In this document: piece after piece, positions 1 through 10,182 of the stretch | Layout: the number at the start of each line of letters is the position of its first letter | How positions within the stretch are numbered: the stretch's first letter is position 1 | DNA from: a virus | Lineage: Duplodnaviria > Heunggongvirae > Uroviricota > Caudoviricetes | Strand: one strand, 5' to 3' | IMG/VR virus record: IMGVR_UViG_3300026484_000248 | Coordinates: 34,711-98,710 of that record | DNA: 64,000 nucleotides | Notes under the pieces: generated by a model | Seen by the model: the letters and a program-made list of their open reading frames with translations, nothing else | Told to the model about the DNA's origin: nothing | Databases searched by the model: none | Made by a program: the position numbers and the translations under genes

Positions 1-283
1 TCCCATATCTGCAAATGGTGATATGGCACTAACAGCACCTGCCATCATAGGATTGTCTGTTCCATAGCTATTTTGTGAGCTATCCACTACTCCACCTTCG
101 GGCATCGGTAATACAAAACTTTTAAATGGTTGAGGAACGGCAGCAGGTAATGCTTCTGTTACAGATTTTGCCTTCATTATATCTGCTTCATATTCATAAG
201 CTATAAACATTATTGACGGTCTGATTCCACCACTTTGCGGCTCAGGTGTCAATAAATTAAGAGGATACATCATATCATAACTC
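1..283 (-). CDS. partial ORF (start ATG 281-283, C-terminus beyond window edge); unknown virion/baseplate-neighbourhood protein
   Basis: The open minus-strand frame begins MMYPLNLLTPEPQSGG and runs off the window; it lies immediately downstream of the tape-measure-like gene and was not in the ORF track because it is incomplete. Confidence 0.3.
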
Positions 284-295
284 CTTTTAGTTTAT

Positions 296-3200
296 TTATA
301 CAAGTCTACCTAAGTATGCTGTTTCCAACTCATTAAACGCCGAACCATGCAAATTAATATTGGCAGTTGGTGCTGGAGCCGGCACTTGTACTACAACTGG
401 TGCTGGTGCCTTTTCTACTTTAGGTGCCGGTACCGGTTTTGGGGTGACCGAACTTGCAGCCAACTTTTTAGTTTTGTTATCTAATTCAACTGGAGTTTCT
501 CTTTTAGGAGCTACACTTATTTTACCAGTTGATTTAGCGGTAGCACTTTTCTTAATAATTTCTGGGTTAGTCTGGTTAGCACTTAGACCAAAATCAGGCT
601 GTGTTTGGTTTGCAACTTGTGCTTCAACTGCGTCTCTGGTTTCTTTTACTTCTTTTTTGTCTGTATTGCCTACCAAACCTTTTAATTTATCAAACATTCC
701 AACAGACTTATCTTTAACAGAACTTAAACCATTCTTAGCAGCATCTTTTGTTTTATTAAATCCTTTTTTAACAGTATTTCCTATACCATCAGATTTAACT
801 GAACTTACAATAGATCCTATACCTTTACCCATAGATGAACCTGCTATAGCATCTGTCATATTCCCAAAATCTTTAGATGTAAAGTCAAGTGAAGCACTTC
901 CTTTAACCTTTTCACCTCTTGCCTTTTTATCCGCTAAAGTTTCAACTAACGATCCGTCTTCTCCCACAAATCCTAATTCCATTATCATATCTTGGAATCC
1001 ACCTAAAAATCCTTCATCAGCTTTTTTAAGTCCCATTTTCGCAGTTTCCATATCACTCATATCACCATCACCATTAGTGTCGAATTTTAAATCCAATCCT
1101 AAATTGTTTTCTTCATCAGTAGTTCTTCCACCTAACTCAGCAATTGCATCTTTTCTACCATCAATTTTAGTTTGGTGTAAAGTTGCTTTACTATCTAAAA
1201 CTTTCTTTTCTAGTTCTAATTTTTCTCTTTTCTTATTAGATTCGCCATCTGTTTTACCTTCTAATTCTTTTAATAAAGAAGCATTAGAGTTTTTTTCTTT
1301 ATTAATTTTATTTAATTCTATTTGAGAAGCGTTTATCTCTTTATCAATTTCATCCATTTCCGGATATTTGTCTAACTTAGCTTTTATTTCTTTAAGTTTT
1401 TTAATTTGTCCGTCTATTTTTTCTTTCTTTTCAACTGAGTCTTTATCTTTTTTGCCTTTTAGTCCTTCTGATACCACAGTATAAGATTCTATTCTACTGT
1501 CAAGTAAATCAAATCGTTTTTCAAAATCCTCTTCTTGTTTTAATTGTACCCCAGGCTTAAAACCTTTAACTGGTTTAACAATATCTGCTAAACTTTTGTC
1601 GTCTTCTTGTTTGGCAAGACCAGTTTCTATTTTTGATTCTTGTACTTGATTTTCAGCTTTCTCTTCTTCTTTAGGTAACTCTGCACTTAAACTCGATTGC
1701 TCGTCTTGTTTAATCGGAATAGCTTTCGCTTTTTTCTTTTCTACAAATAATTTAGTACCTGCAAATATTTTATCAATATCGTCTACTTGTGGATTCATAT
1801 TACTTAAATCAACTAAAGATAAATTTTGATTTTTAGCAATCTGTGCCATTGTTTCCCCTGGTTCAGAAATGTAAAACTTTCTATCGTCTTTATCTGTAGA
1901 ACTACTAATTATCTCTGCTGTAGTTTCAGATTTAGTAAAATCTCCGACTTTTTGTTTTGACTCTCCTTGCTCTACCAAACTAGGAGTTTCTGTTTGTTTG
2001 GGGGCTCTTCTTAAACTATTAGATAATTCCCTAGGCATGGACTCTGCTTTAGCATTTTCTTTTTTGTCTGCTAAAGTTTCTATAAGAGAACCATTATTAT
2101 TAGTTGCTCCAAGTGCCATCATTGTTTGTTGGAACATATCTAATGCATTTGTATCTACATTATGTAAAACAGCACCTGCTTTCTCATAACTTGAAACCTC
2201 TCCGTCACCATCTTTATCATTATTAATATCCTCAATTAATTCTTCGTCTTTTACAGTTGTTTCATATTCATCTTTTTCTAGATTAGTTTCTAAAGTTTTA
2301 AGTTTATTAATTTTATCTTTTAGATTTGTTAATCTTTCTTTACTAGGTTTGTCAGATAAACCAGTTAAGCTTTTAGCGATGTTTTCATACTGTTCTATTC
2401 TTGAAGGTAAAATATCAAATCTCTTATTGTATTCCTCTTTCATTCCTTGTCCGGCAGCAGTATCCGAAAAAACTTTTTTGGCTGCAATTTCAGGAGTTTC
2501 TCTTACTTCTGCTTTAGGCTCTCCTTTTATACTACTATCATTTGCTGGTTCTACTAAAGAGCTAATTCCTTCTCCTTTGGTTTCTTTTACGATTGTACTT
2601 CCTAATTTAAAACCATCTGCATTAATTTTTTCAATTTTACCTTTAGTAAACTTGCCCTCTGTAACTAATTTATCTACATTTAGTCCTTTTTTGCCAGCTT
2701 TTTTACCAGCTGCCCTTACATTTTTTCTATCTTGTTGAGTAAGAGAGTTTGGTTCCATATGCCAAGTCTCCAATTTTCCATCAGATTTATAAACATTTCT
2801 ATGAAAACCATATTTACCCATAATACCTGAACTCTCTGCTATAGCAAGTTGGTTACTTTGTGCATCAACTGCTAAACCATAATTGTGCATACTCCCACCT
2901 GGTACAGCTACAGAACCATCACTTTTTCCGTGATTCTTTTTAAGCATTTCTTTATAAAGTTTAGTTTGCTCTTGTACGCTTCTTCCTGTAGAGTTAAGTT
3001 GTAATTTTTGGCCAAACTCTTCTTTATATTCATATCCCATAGCAAGTAAATTATGTTTTACATCAGGGTTAAGATTTTTAATTTTAGTGCCCTTAAAAAC
3101 ATCTCCTTCTTTAATATCATCCACAGAAGTGATTTCTTTCTCTTCTTGTTCTGACGGTGTTGATGCTTTAACTTTTATAGGCTCAGGACTAAAAGTAGTT

Positions 3201-5524
3201 CCTGATTCGTTTAATATACCGCTATCTGTAGAAACTGTTCTCATTTCTGTTTTTAGAGGTTTTTTATCTCCTGAGACTGCTTTAGTATTTTTTGCTTTAT
3301 AAGAAACTTTATTGGCGTTTACATCTTTAAACTCTCCACTTGCCACTTGTTTAACAAATTCTTCTTTTGCCATAGCGTTATATTCATCTTCTGTTGTTTG
3401 AGCTATTTTATCATATTGTTCTTTTTGAGCATTAGTTAAAACAACAGACACTCCGTTAATTGTTACGGCATATCCTGATGATTTACTTCGTTCAAGTAAT
3501 TTGAAAATAGCATCCTCTGCATCTTTCCCTCTTCCCTCTGCTGCTTTTTTAACTAGTGCAGTTTTATCACCTTCTGTTTTTGCATCAGTTATATCTTTTA
3601 ACATACTTTCTGATAAAACAAATTCATTATAATGCACTAAACCAGCAACTTCATCTGATTTACCTTCACCAGTATATCCGCCCAATATAAATTGGTTCTT
3701 AGAAGCTTTCACTAAAGTGGCTATAGGATTATCGCTATCGTTTGCAGCTTTACCTAGCATTGATTCGTTTGCTTTAGGAAGTTTAAATTCTTGAGTTGCC
3801 TTTTCTTTATCTTTACTTAATTGAATAAGTTCGTCTAGTTTACTTTCGCTATCACTATCTAAAGATGCATTTTCTTTCATAGCCAGTAAATCTTTTAAAG
3901 TAACAGTTCCTTTTTCTAATCCTATTTGCACTTGGTCTGTATTTAAAGTATTGTACCCCATATCATCAGTCCACATTCCGTCTGCTTCCATTTTTGAAGC
4001 CCTTCCTTTGAAATCTTTTTCTTGTGCTTCTGCCGCTTGTGCTTTTGCTGTTTTACCAAAAATCATATCAGTAACTACATCGGGAACTAAGGGATTTGCT
4101 CTTAGCATATCTTCAAAAAATTGCCCTATACCTCTAAATTTATCAGCAACCCAATCTCCTATTTTAACAACCCCTGCCTTAACAGTTCCCCAAATACTTT
4201 TTCCAAGTTCTGCTATTTTTTCTACACTAAACATATTTTTAATTTCTTTAGTAAAATTAGGAAAGAATGTTTCTAGCAAATCCCATACCGTAACAATTAA
4301 ACCGAGGAAAGGTACTATTTTAGCAAGAGGTTTAAGTACTTTTAAAACACCACCTATTCCTTTACCTATTTTCACTGCTCCGCCTATGCCCTTTTCCAAT
4401 AAAGAGCTACCGATTTGTTTAACTTTAGAACTTACACCTGATAATTTTTCTCCCATGCCTGAAAATTTTTCACTCATATTTTCTTTAAAGGCAGCTAATT
4501 TACCTGTTGACTCTCCAAATCCTATTCCCATTTTTTCAAATAGTTTGCCTGAACCTTCTTTAAGGGCTGATACTGTAGAGCTTAATCCTTCTTTAACTTT
4601 ATCAGTAATTTTGCCTACGATAGGCCCAACTTTTGCCGATACAGTATCTTTGATTTTTATTAAACCATCTTTAGCAAGCTCAGTAACTTTACCAATACCT
4701 TTTCCTGCTAGTTCTTTTCCTTTGTTCCACGCTTTTTCAAGTCCTTCTTTACCCATACTTGCTAATTCTGAAACTCCTTCATATGCTAACTTTCCTACAC
4801 CTTTAATAAGTTTGAACATCCCTTTAACAGTGAAAGCCCCTATTTTTCCTACGTATTTGCCAAGTGTTTTAAATAATCCAGCACCCATACTAAAAAGAGA
4901 TTTAATAGTTTTTAAAGGATTAGCCAATAGTTTTGCAATTCCTAGGGTTCCTAAAATAGTTTTAAAATGTTTTTGAATAAACGGGAAAATTTTATCTTTA
5001 ATGAAGGGCCATAGTTTTTTCTTTATAAGAGGCCATAATGTTTTAATTAAATAACCAGCTGCAAGTAATTTGGAAATCATTAAAAGCATTCCGCCTTTTG
5101 GTTTATCTTTTACTTTCTGAATTACTGTTCTTGATTTTTCTTTAACTTTGGCAGCTGCTGCTTTTAATGATGCTTTATACTGATGTTTTCTATTATACTC
5201 TGCTTTTTTTTGTTCTTCAAGTGCTTCTTTTTGAACCGCAAGATTATCTTTATTGATTTCCATATTATGTCTGGTTATCTCAGCTATTACTTTTAATTTA
5301 GAAGTTTCACGCTTATCTTGAGAAATCATTTTACTGTCTAAATGTTTTTTTAATTTAGAGATTTCTTCTATAACAATATTATTTTTTGCTAAATTTCTTT
5401 TAACATTAGTCTTTAATTCTATTTCAGGTATTTTTTGATTAAGTGTTTTTTCGTTTCTTTGAATGCGCACCTCTGAAGCTGTTATTCGTTTTTGAATTTT
5501 GTCTTTTTTAAATAATTTAAACAT
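296..5524 (-). CDS. tail tape-measure / tail hub-like giant protein (1742 aa) with internal LAS/M15-type peptidoglycan peptidase motif and LysM domain
   Basis: The protein has long coiled-coil and Gly-rich hydrophobic segments typical of tape measure proteins; a SMHNYGLAVD motif (SxHxxGxAxD zinc site of M15/VanY-like peptidases, about nt 2740-2960); a LysM-like segment YISEPGETMAQIAKNQNLSLVDLSNMNPQVDDIDKIF (about nt 1745-1880); an RBS GGGGAAG upstream; and TATAAATA late-promoter motif upstream. Confidence 0.6.
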   Translation of the reverse strand: MFKLFKKDKIQKRITASEVRIQRNEKTLNQKIPEIELKTNVKRNLAKNNIVIEEISKLKKHLDSKMISQDKRETSKLKVIAEITRHNMEINKDNLAVQKEALEEQKKAEYNRKHQYKASLKAAAAKVKEKSRTVIQKVKDKPKGGMLLMISKLLAAGYLIKTLWPLIKKKLWPFIKDKIFPFIQKHFKTILGTLGIAKLLANPLKTIKSLFSMGAGLFKTLGKYVGKIGAFTVKGMFKLIKGVGKLAYEGVSELASMGKEGLEKAWNKGKELAGKGIGKVTELAKDGLIKIKDTVSAKVGPIVGKITDKVKEGLSSTVSALKEGSGKLFEKMGIGFGESTGKLAAFKENMSEKFSGMGEKLSGVSSKVKQIGSSLLEKGIGGAVKIGKGIGGVLKVLKPLAKIVPFLGLIVTVWDLLETFFPNFTKEIKNMFSVEKIAELGKSIWGTVKAGVVKIGDWVADKFRGIGQFFEDMLRANPLVPDVVTDMIFGKTAKAQAAEAQEKDFKGRASKMEADGMWTDDMGYNTLNTDQVQIGLEKGTVTLKDLLAMKENASLDSDSESKLDELIQLSKDKEKATQEFKLPKANESMLGKAANDSDNPIATLVKASKNQFILGGYTGEGKSDEVAGLVHYNEFVLSESMLKDITDAKTEGDKTALVKKAAEGRGKDAEDAIFKLLERSKSSGYAVTINGVSVVLTNAQKEQYDKIAQTTEDEYNAMAKEEFVKQVASGEFKDVNANKVSYKAKNTKAVSGDKKPLKTEMRTVSTDSGILNESGTTFSPEPIKVKASTPSEQEEKEITSVDDIKEGDVFKGTKIKNLNPDVKHNLLAMGYEYKEEFGQKLQLNSTGRSVQEQTKLYKEMLKKNHGKSDGSVAVPGGSMHNYGLAVDAQSNQLAIAESSGIMGKYGFHRNVYKSDGKLETWHMEPNSLTQQDRKNVRAAGKKAGKKGLNVDKLVTEGKFTKGKIEKINADGFKLGSTIVKETKGEGISSLVEPANDSSIKGEPKAEVRETPEIAAKKVFSDTAAGQGMKEEYNKRFDILPSRIEQYENIAKSLTGLSDKPSKERLTNLKDKINKLKTLETNLEKDEYETTVKDEELIEDINNDKDGDGEVSSYEKAGAVLHNVDTNALDMFQQTMMALGATNNNGSLIETLADKKENAKAESMPRELSNSLRRAPKQTETPSLVEQGESKQKVGDFTKSETTAEIISSSTDKDDRKFYISEPGETMAQIAKNQNLSLVDLSNMNPQVDDIDKIFAGTKLFVEKKKAKAIPIKQDEQSSLSAELPKEEEKAENQVQESKIETGLAKQEDDKSLADIVKPVKGFKPGVQLKQEEDFEKRFDLLDSRIESYTVVSEGLKGKKDKDSVEKKEKIDGQIKKLKEIKAKLDKYPEMDEIDKEINASQIELNKINKEKNSNASLLKELEGKTDGESNKKREKLELEKKVLDSKATLHQTKIDGRKDAIAELGGRTTDEENNLGLDLKFDTNGDGDMSDMETAKMGLKKADEGFLGGFQDMIMELGFVGEDGSLVETLADKKARGEKVKGSASLDFTSKDFGNMTDAIAGSSMGKGIGSIVSSVKSDGIGNTVKKGFNKTKDAAKNGLSSVKDKSVGMFDKLKGLVGNTDKKEVKETRDAVEAQVANQTQPDFGLSANQTNPEIIKKSATAKSTGKISVAPKRETPVELDNKTKKLAASSVTPKPVPAPKVEKAPAPVVVQVPAPAPTANINLHGSAFNELETAYLGRLV

Positions 5525-5574
5525 AACTTCCCCTATAATTTACAATTATTTATAAGGGAAGTAAAGTTTTAAAA

Positions 5575-6267
5575 TCAAGCCCAAAGTAGATTTGGTATGT
5601 AAGTGTAGTCTATAGTTTCTTTAGTTTCACATTCGGGACAAACCCAGTTATATTCTAATTCAACTTCGTCTACCATTTTTTGATATTTTTCAAATAATTC
5701 GTCAAATATCTTAGTTGGTAATTTATCTATAAATTTATTTAGTTCTCTGTGACTAAATTTATCTTGTAACTCACCATTTATTTCTATAGCGTGTATATGC
5801 AATAAAAAGTCCTGGAAAATGTACTCAACAACTCCTTTATCCATTTTTAAAAAGTCTTTTTCTTTGTTGGTCCTTATAGGGCCCATTACAAATTTTAGGT
5901 CTTTAATCTGCACTTCTTTATAATTTGCGGGTCTATAAGTCATTACTTCAGAAATTTTTACTTTTAAATCTATTTTCTTTCCACAACTTTTACACTCGTG
6001 CTCATCTTCTATAAAATTTGATATACTCTCACATCTGATATCTATAATTAATTTCTTTTGTTCTGATGCTGATAATACAATATCCTTCTCCTCTATAGCA
6101 GGTGCCAATAAAGTATCAAAAATAATTTTATCTGTTATTTCAGAATCGTCTTTTTCTAGAAGCTTAAGATAGTTTCTTTCATCTTTTGCTGTCCATTGTC
6201 TAAATTTAACTTGTTTATCTCCAATTACTGATGTGTAATCATAACCAGATTCATATATTAACGCCAT
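5575..6267 (-). CDS. zinc-ribbon protein (CxxC...CxxC), paralog of 6510..7205; possible tail/baseplate assembly factor
   Basis: The protein is collinear with and clearly similar to the neighbouring ORF (IGDKxxKFxxWTxKxExxYL; two Cys pairs); it sits directly upstream of the tape-measure-like gene on the same strand. Confidence 0.4.
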   Translation of the reverse strand: MALIYESGYDYTSVIGDKQVKFRQWTAKDERNYLKLLEKDDSEITDKIIFDTLLAPAIEEKDIVLSASEQKKLIIDIRCESISNFIEDEHECKSCGKKIDLKVKISEVMTYRPANYKEVQIKDLKFVMGPIRTNKEKDFLKMDKGVVEYIFQDFLLHIHAIEINGELQDKFSHRELNKFIDKLPTKIFDELFEKYQKMVDEVELEYNWVCPECETKETIDYTYIPNLLWA

Positions 6268-6509
6268 TGTTTTCCTTTTATATTATATAGTAATTATACT
6301 TTAATCCCACTTAATTTATTAGCCAAAATATTTAACATAACTGTTTATCTATTTATTCTTATTCTGTTCTTCTATTGTTTTACTTAAAAGTCCAAAATAA
6401 ATATCTCGTTCAAAAGGCAACATATCGTCAACTTCTTGAATACTATAATGTCCAAAATACTTCATATTGCTGTAGTATTGATATAGACTAGATAAATTTG
6501 ACTCTACAG

Positions 6510-7205
6510 TTATGTCCACAAAAAATTTGGCAAGTGATCAAATTCAACATTATTTTCCTCGTTACATACCATGCAGTATGTTTTCAATTCAAATTCTAAA
6601 GAACTTTTCATCCCTTGAAACTCTTTATATACTTTATCAAAAATAAATGTGGGCATTTCTTCTACAAATTCCTGAAGTTCATCAAAACTGAAAGTATCTT
6701 CTACTTCTCCGTCTATAGTTATACTTTGTATATGAAGTAAAAATTCTGTAAAAGCGTAATCAATATTTGTTTCTTGGTTATCTAGCCTACTTCTTAGTCT
6801 TTCAGAAACTATATCACCAAATTTGAAAATCATATTTTCTACTTCTACATCTTTGTAATTATCAGGAGTATATTTAACAATTGAATCAAAATTTACATCT
6901 ATATCATTTACTTGTTTACATTTTGTACAAGCGTATCTCATTGGAAAAGTAGATCCAAGAGATTTTTTTCTTATTTCTATAATAAGCATTTTTTGTTCAT
7001 TTTGTGAAAGTACAATATCGGGGTTTTCAAGACAAGGTTTAATTAATAAATCAAAAAGCATAGTATCTGTTACTTTAGTTTCTGATTCAACCGCTATTAA
7101 ATAGTCTTTTTCATTTTTAGTAGTCCAAGGTTTAAATTTATATTCTTTATCGCCTATTGTTGCTGTGTTGTTATATTCAACTTTGTATTTTAAAGCCATT
7201 TTCAT
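6510..7205 (-). CDS. zinc-ribbon protein, paralog of 5575..6267
   Basis: It is paralogous to 5575..6267; a bidirectional late-promoter motif GTATAAATATTTATAAA lies upstream. Confidence 0.4.
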   Translation of the reverse strand: MKMALKYKVEYNNTATIGDKEYKFKPWTTKNEKDYLIAVESETKVTDTMLFDLLIKPCLENPDIVLSQNEQKMLIIEIRKKSLGSTFPMRYACTKCKQVNDIDVNFDSIVKYTPDNYKDVEVENMIFKFGDIVSERLRSRLDNQETNIDYAFTEFLLHIQSITIDGEVEDTFSFDELQEFVEEMPTFIFDKVYKEFQGMKSSLEFELKTYCMVCNEENNVEFDHLPNFLWT

Positions 7206-7217
7206 TCCTTTATGTTT

Positions 7218-7234
7218 GTATAAATATTTATAAA
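7218..7234. promoter_or_regulatory. bidirectional T4-type late promoter motif GTATAAATATTTATAAA
   Basis: TATAAATA occurs on both strands between the divergent genes 6510..7205(-) and 7245..7826(+); an identical 17-mer is present at 61476..61492. Confidence 0.45.
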
Positions 7235-7244
7235 GGAGAAATAT

Positions 7245-7826
7245 ATGTCAGGACCAAAGAGCACCGAAGCAAAATTAATGAATTGGCAAGATCCAAGTAA
7301 ATTTAGAATTTTTATGACAGGAGCTGGTGCGGATGCATTAGAACTTCCTGACCCGGAACTTTTAACTATGGCGTGTAATGGTGTAGAAATGGCAAGTATC
7401 GCTACAACACCTATAGAAGATTATACAGCAGAAGAGTGGAGATTTGCTTCAGGTAGAACAGAAGCTTATCAGATAGCCATAACTTTTAAAGACTTTAATA
7501 ACTTTGAACTATACAGAGCTTGGAGTACTTCTATTCAAAAGTTTCAGCGATGGTACCCAGCTTCTCAATATTTTAATTTAGAAATCCATACTGCCTCAGA
7601 CTTTAGTATAGAAAAATTTGAAAAAATTCTAGAATTTAAAAAGTGTATATTGACTAATGTTAGTGGTCCTACTCTAAGTAATGACGCTGTTGCAAGTGTT
7701 GCAGAATTTTCAGTTCAACTTAAATCTAGTTATGTTGAAATAGAAGGAGGTAGTGGATTCCTTAAAAATATGATGGGCGGCCTAGGTGTTGCAAGTGCTG
7801 TAAAAGCAGTAGCGGGGTTATTTTAA
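7245..7826 (+). CDS. putative tail/baseplate structural protein
   Basis: It has the RBS AAAGGAG, a late promoter, and is translationally coupled to the following tail tube gene (ATGGG overlap at 7826). Confidence 0.35.
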   Translation: MSGPKSTEAKLMNWQDPSKFRIFMTGAGADALELPDPELLTMACNGVEMASIATTPIEDYTAEEWRFASGRTEAYQIAITFKDFNNFELYRAWSTSIQKFQRWYPASQYFNLEIHTASDFSIEKFEKILEFKKCILTNVSGPTLSNDAVASVAEFSVQLKSSYVEIEGGSGFLKNMMGGLGVASAVKAVAGLF

Positions 7827-8344
7827 TGGGAGTTATTAATGAATTATTAGATACTTTAGGTATGGGCGCTAGGTCCAACAAATATATGGTTAATATTAAT
7901 GGACTAGGAAAAAAATTTGAAGTAGGAAAAATGGGAGATACTTTGGCTAAAAGTACAACTATTCCGGGTAGAAGTTTTAATGAAGTAAGTATATGGAATC
8001 AAGGGAGATTGACAACTATAGCAGGGGATCCTGATTACAGTGGAACTTGGTCAGTTACTTTTAGAGATACAGAAGAACACAAATTAAGAACAATTTTTAT
8101 AGATTGGATGGAATTCATCGGAACAGTTCAGAGAAACGCAAGAGAAGCAAACTCGCATAATGACTATATGACAACTTCACAAGTTAGCCAATTAAGTACA
8201 GTTGATAACAGCGTTACCGCTACTTACGAGTTCTATGATATATGGCCTAAAAGTATTTCTGATAGCTCACTGTCTGATGATGCACAAGATATGTTAGAGT
8301 TTACAGTAGAATTTAATTTTTCTAGTTGGAGTAAAATATGTTAG
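7826..8344 (+). CDS. tail tube protein, T4 gp19-like (paralog 1)
   Basis: The C-terminal block ATYEFYDIWPKSISDSSLSDDAQDMLEFTVEFNFSSW matches the conserved gp19 C-terminus (GLWPTNV..L.WD..N.IQTFEVTLALDYWE); it is about 45% identical to 10183..10707. Confidence 0.7.
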   Translation: MGVINELLDTLGMGARSNKYMVNINGLGKKFEVGKMGDTLAKSTTIPGRSFNEVSIWNQGRLTTIAGDPDYSGTWSVTFRDTEEHKLRTIFIDWMEFIGTVQRNAREANSHNDYMTTSQVSQLSTVDNSVTATYEFYDIWPKSISDSSLSDDAQDMLEFTVEFNFSSWSKIC

Positions 8345-10113
8345 TATTCTTTTAAGAATACTTTATTGCCTGAATCATAAATTTTTCTATAACCGTTGTT
8401 AAACATATTTATGGTTTCAGTAACATCTGGATTAAAGATTTCTAATAATCCTTTTAACTTATGTTTTTGGAACTTGTTTCTAGACCATAGTATGTTTTCT
8501 TTAGGATGGAAATAAAAATAGTTAGGTGTAGTATTATATTTAAAAGTAAAGCCTGATTTTATATAAAAATTACCTGTACTCCATCTTCTATTAGCGTAAG
8601 ATAAAAGACTTTTAGGTTTATATGTTTTCTCGAAGTACTTAAGCATTCTAGAACCTCCACCTTGTATAGTATAACCTTTTTTAGTGCAGAACCTAATAAG
8701 TTCATAATCTATATCTTTATTAAACCTAGGCTTACCAAAAGTCATTATAGACATTAGACTGTCTTCATAATACATCCCTATTTTTATAGAAGAGTTACAG
8801 TATCCCTGCATATGGTTGTCATCAATAAATCTTCTAGCTTCCTTAGTTGGTACTTCTTTTATACTGCATTTTCTAGCTCCTATTTTTTTATTTTTATTTA
8901 ATTTATCTTCTATCATAGAAACCCATATAGACTTTTTATTTTTATCTAACCATTCATTTTCAAATATATGAAATAGTTGTATTCCTTTTTCTTCCGCTAA
9001 CTCCGTCTTTCTAAGATGTTTATTTCTATGTTCTATAGGTTTATTAAACATTGAATGCTTAGAATGACCGAAGCTATGCCACATAAGACCGTTATATTCT
9101 ATAGCAAAATTATGTTCTTTGGAATATAAGTCTAATTCAAGTGGTTTTATTAGTTTTCTATCGTTAATAGTAAAAATATTATTAAATTCTATGTTAATTT
9201 CCTTCTCTTTAGAGAATTTACTTTTAAAAGGTATAGTTAAATCTTTCATTTTCTTATATACAAACGAAGTAGATCTTTTATAATCTACTTTAATAGATTC
9301 TATGTCTATTTTTTCATCCCTCAAATATCTCTCTATTATGATTCTTTTATTGAAAGGTTTCCAATTTATATAACCATCACCCGTACCATTTTTTTTATTT
9401 TTAATTTCTACTATCGCTGCTCTACCTTCCTCTGAGCCAAAATATGTAGTTGCACCATATTTTACTAGGTTATTCGCTGCTCTTTTCTGAGGATTATTAT
9501 AGTTCTCATCACCGTATCTTTCTAGTTTAGTTTTCTTAGCTTTTATAATACTTTCTTCGAGCATTGCAAAGTTTTTTACGCCATATTTTTCCATATTGTT
9601 TAGTTGAGTTTTTAAAGTTCTTTTATTATAGTCTACTTTACTTTTAACTTTGGGTTTTTCTTTGGCGATAGAACATTTTATTTTGCATTTATTATCGCAT
9701 TTATTTTTATAACCTTTCTTAAATGAAATAAAGCTATGTTCTTTTAAACATATCACGCAATATTTGGGTTGATATAAGAGATCGTACACTTCTTTAATTG
9801 AAATATTATACATTTTGACTTTCCTTGAAGAAATCCCTTTACTTTTAGTTAATACTAAATTGATATTTTCTTTAGTAATTTTTATCGATTTTTTCTCTAT
9901 GGCCATTCTGCACTTAGGCTCCCCACAAGTTACTCTGTATCCTTTTTTAAAAGAATTAAAAAGTACATTTTTACCACATACGCACTTAGGGGTACTGGTA
10001 CCGTGGTATATATTATATAGTTCTTTTGTTGTAGTATTAAATTTTTTGTTTACGCCAGGTTTAGGGTTGCCTAAGGAATTAAGTAGATGGTTGTGAATGA
10101 AATTTTTGTCCAT
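8341..10113 (-). CDS. free-standing homing-endonuclease-like protein (N-terminal Cys4 zinc-ribbon repeats + conserved C-terminal module)
   Basis: The track ORF is extended; the likely start is the internal MDKNFIHNHL. It has repeated PKCxCG..FxSFKxGY...C...C modules and KYG..NYNN repeats, and an E-Y-N-G-x-x-W-H motif reminiscent of Vsr/PD-(D/E)xK nucleases. The C-terminal 200 aa are nearly identical to 19646..21274 (ARKCSIKEVPTKEAR..NHMQGY..GGGSRMLKYFEK..SYANRRWSTGNFY). It is inserted between the two tail tube paralogs. Confidence 0.55.
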   Translation of the reverse strand: MDKNFIHNHLLNSLGNPKPGVNKKFNTTTKELYNIYHGTSTPKCVCGKNVLFNSFKKGYRVTCGEPKCRMAIEKKSIKITKENINLVLTKSKGISSRKVKMYNISIKEVYDLLYQPKYCVICLKEHSFISFKKGYKNKCDNKCKIKCSIAKEKPKVKSKVDYNKRTLKTQLNNMEKYGVKNFAMLEESIIKAKKTKLERYGDENYNNPQKRAANNLVKYGATTYFGSEEGRAAIVEIKNKKNGTGDGYINWKPFNKRIIIERYLRDEKIDIESIKVDYKRSTSFVYKKMKDLTIPFKSKFSKEKEINIEFNNIFTINDRKLIKPLELDLYSKEHNFAIEYNGLMWHSFGHSKHSMFNKPIEHRNKHLRKTELAEEKGIQLFHIFENEWLDKNKKSIWVSMIEDKLNKNKKIGARKCSIKEVPTKEARRFIDDNHMQGYCNSSIKIGMYYEDSLMSIMTFGKPRFNKDIDYELIRFCTKKGYTIQGGGSRMLKYFEKTYKPKSLLSYANRRWSTGNFYIKSGFTFKYNTTPNYFYFHPKENILWSRNKFQKHKLKGLLEIFNPDVTETINMFNNGYRKIYDSGNKVFLKEY

Positions 10114-10125
10114 TGTTTTCCTTTT

Positions 10126-10170
10126 TATATAAATAACTGTAAATATTGTACAATAATATTTATAATTATA
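10126..10170 (+). promoter_or_regulatory. late promoter region (TATAAATA at 10128-10135; TATAAT at 10161-10166) upstream of tail tube paralog 2
   Basis: The motifs lie directly upstream of the RBS GGAGG and the ATG at 10183. Confidence 0.4.
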
Positions 10171-10182
10171 GGAGGAATACAA

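Noticed and set aside
360-4976. Plus-strand ORFs (360..1325, 1998..2189, 2349..2738, 3087..3302, 3951..4976) inside the giant minus-strand tape-measure-like gene
   Set aside because: Their translations are low-complexity Ser/Leu/Pro/Phe-rich and mirror the Lys/Glu/Gly-rich minus-strand frame; they have no starts with an RBS and are antisense artefacts of a long AT-rich coding region.
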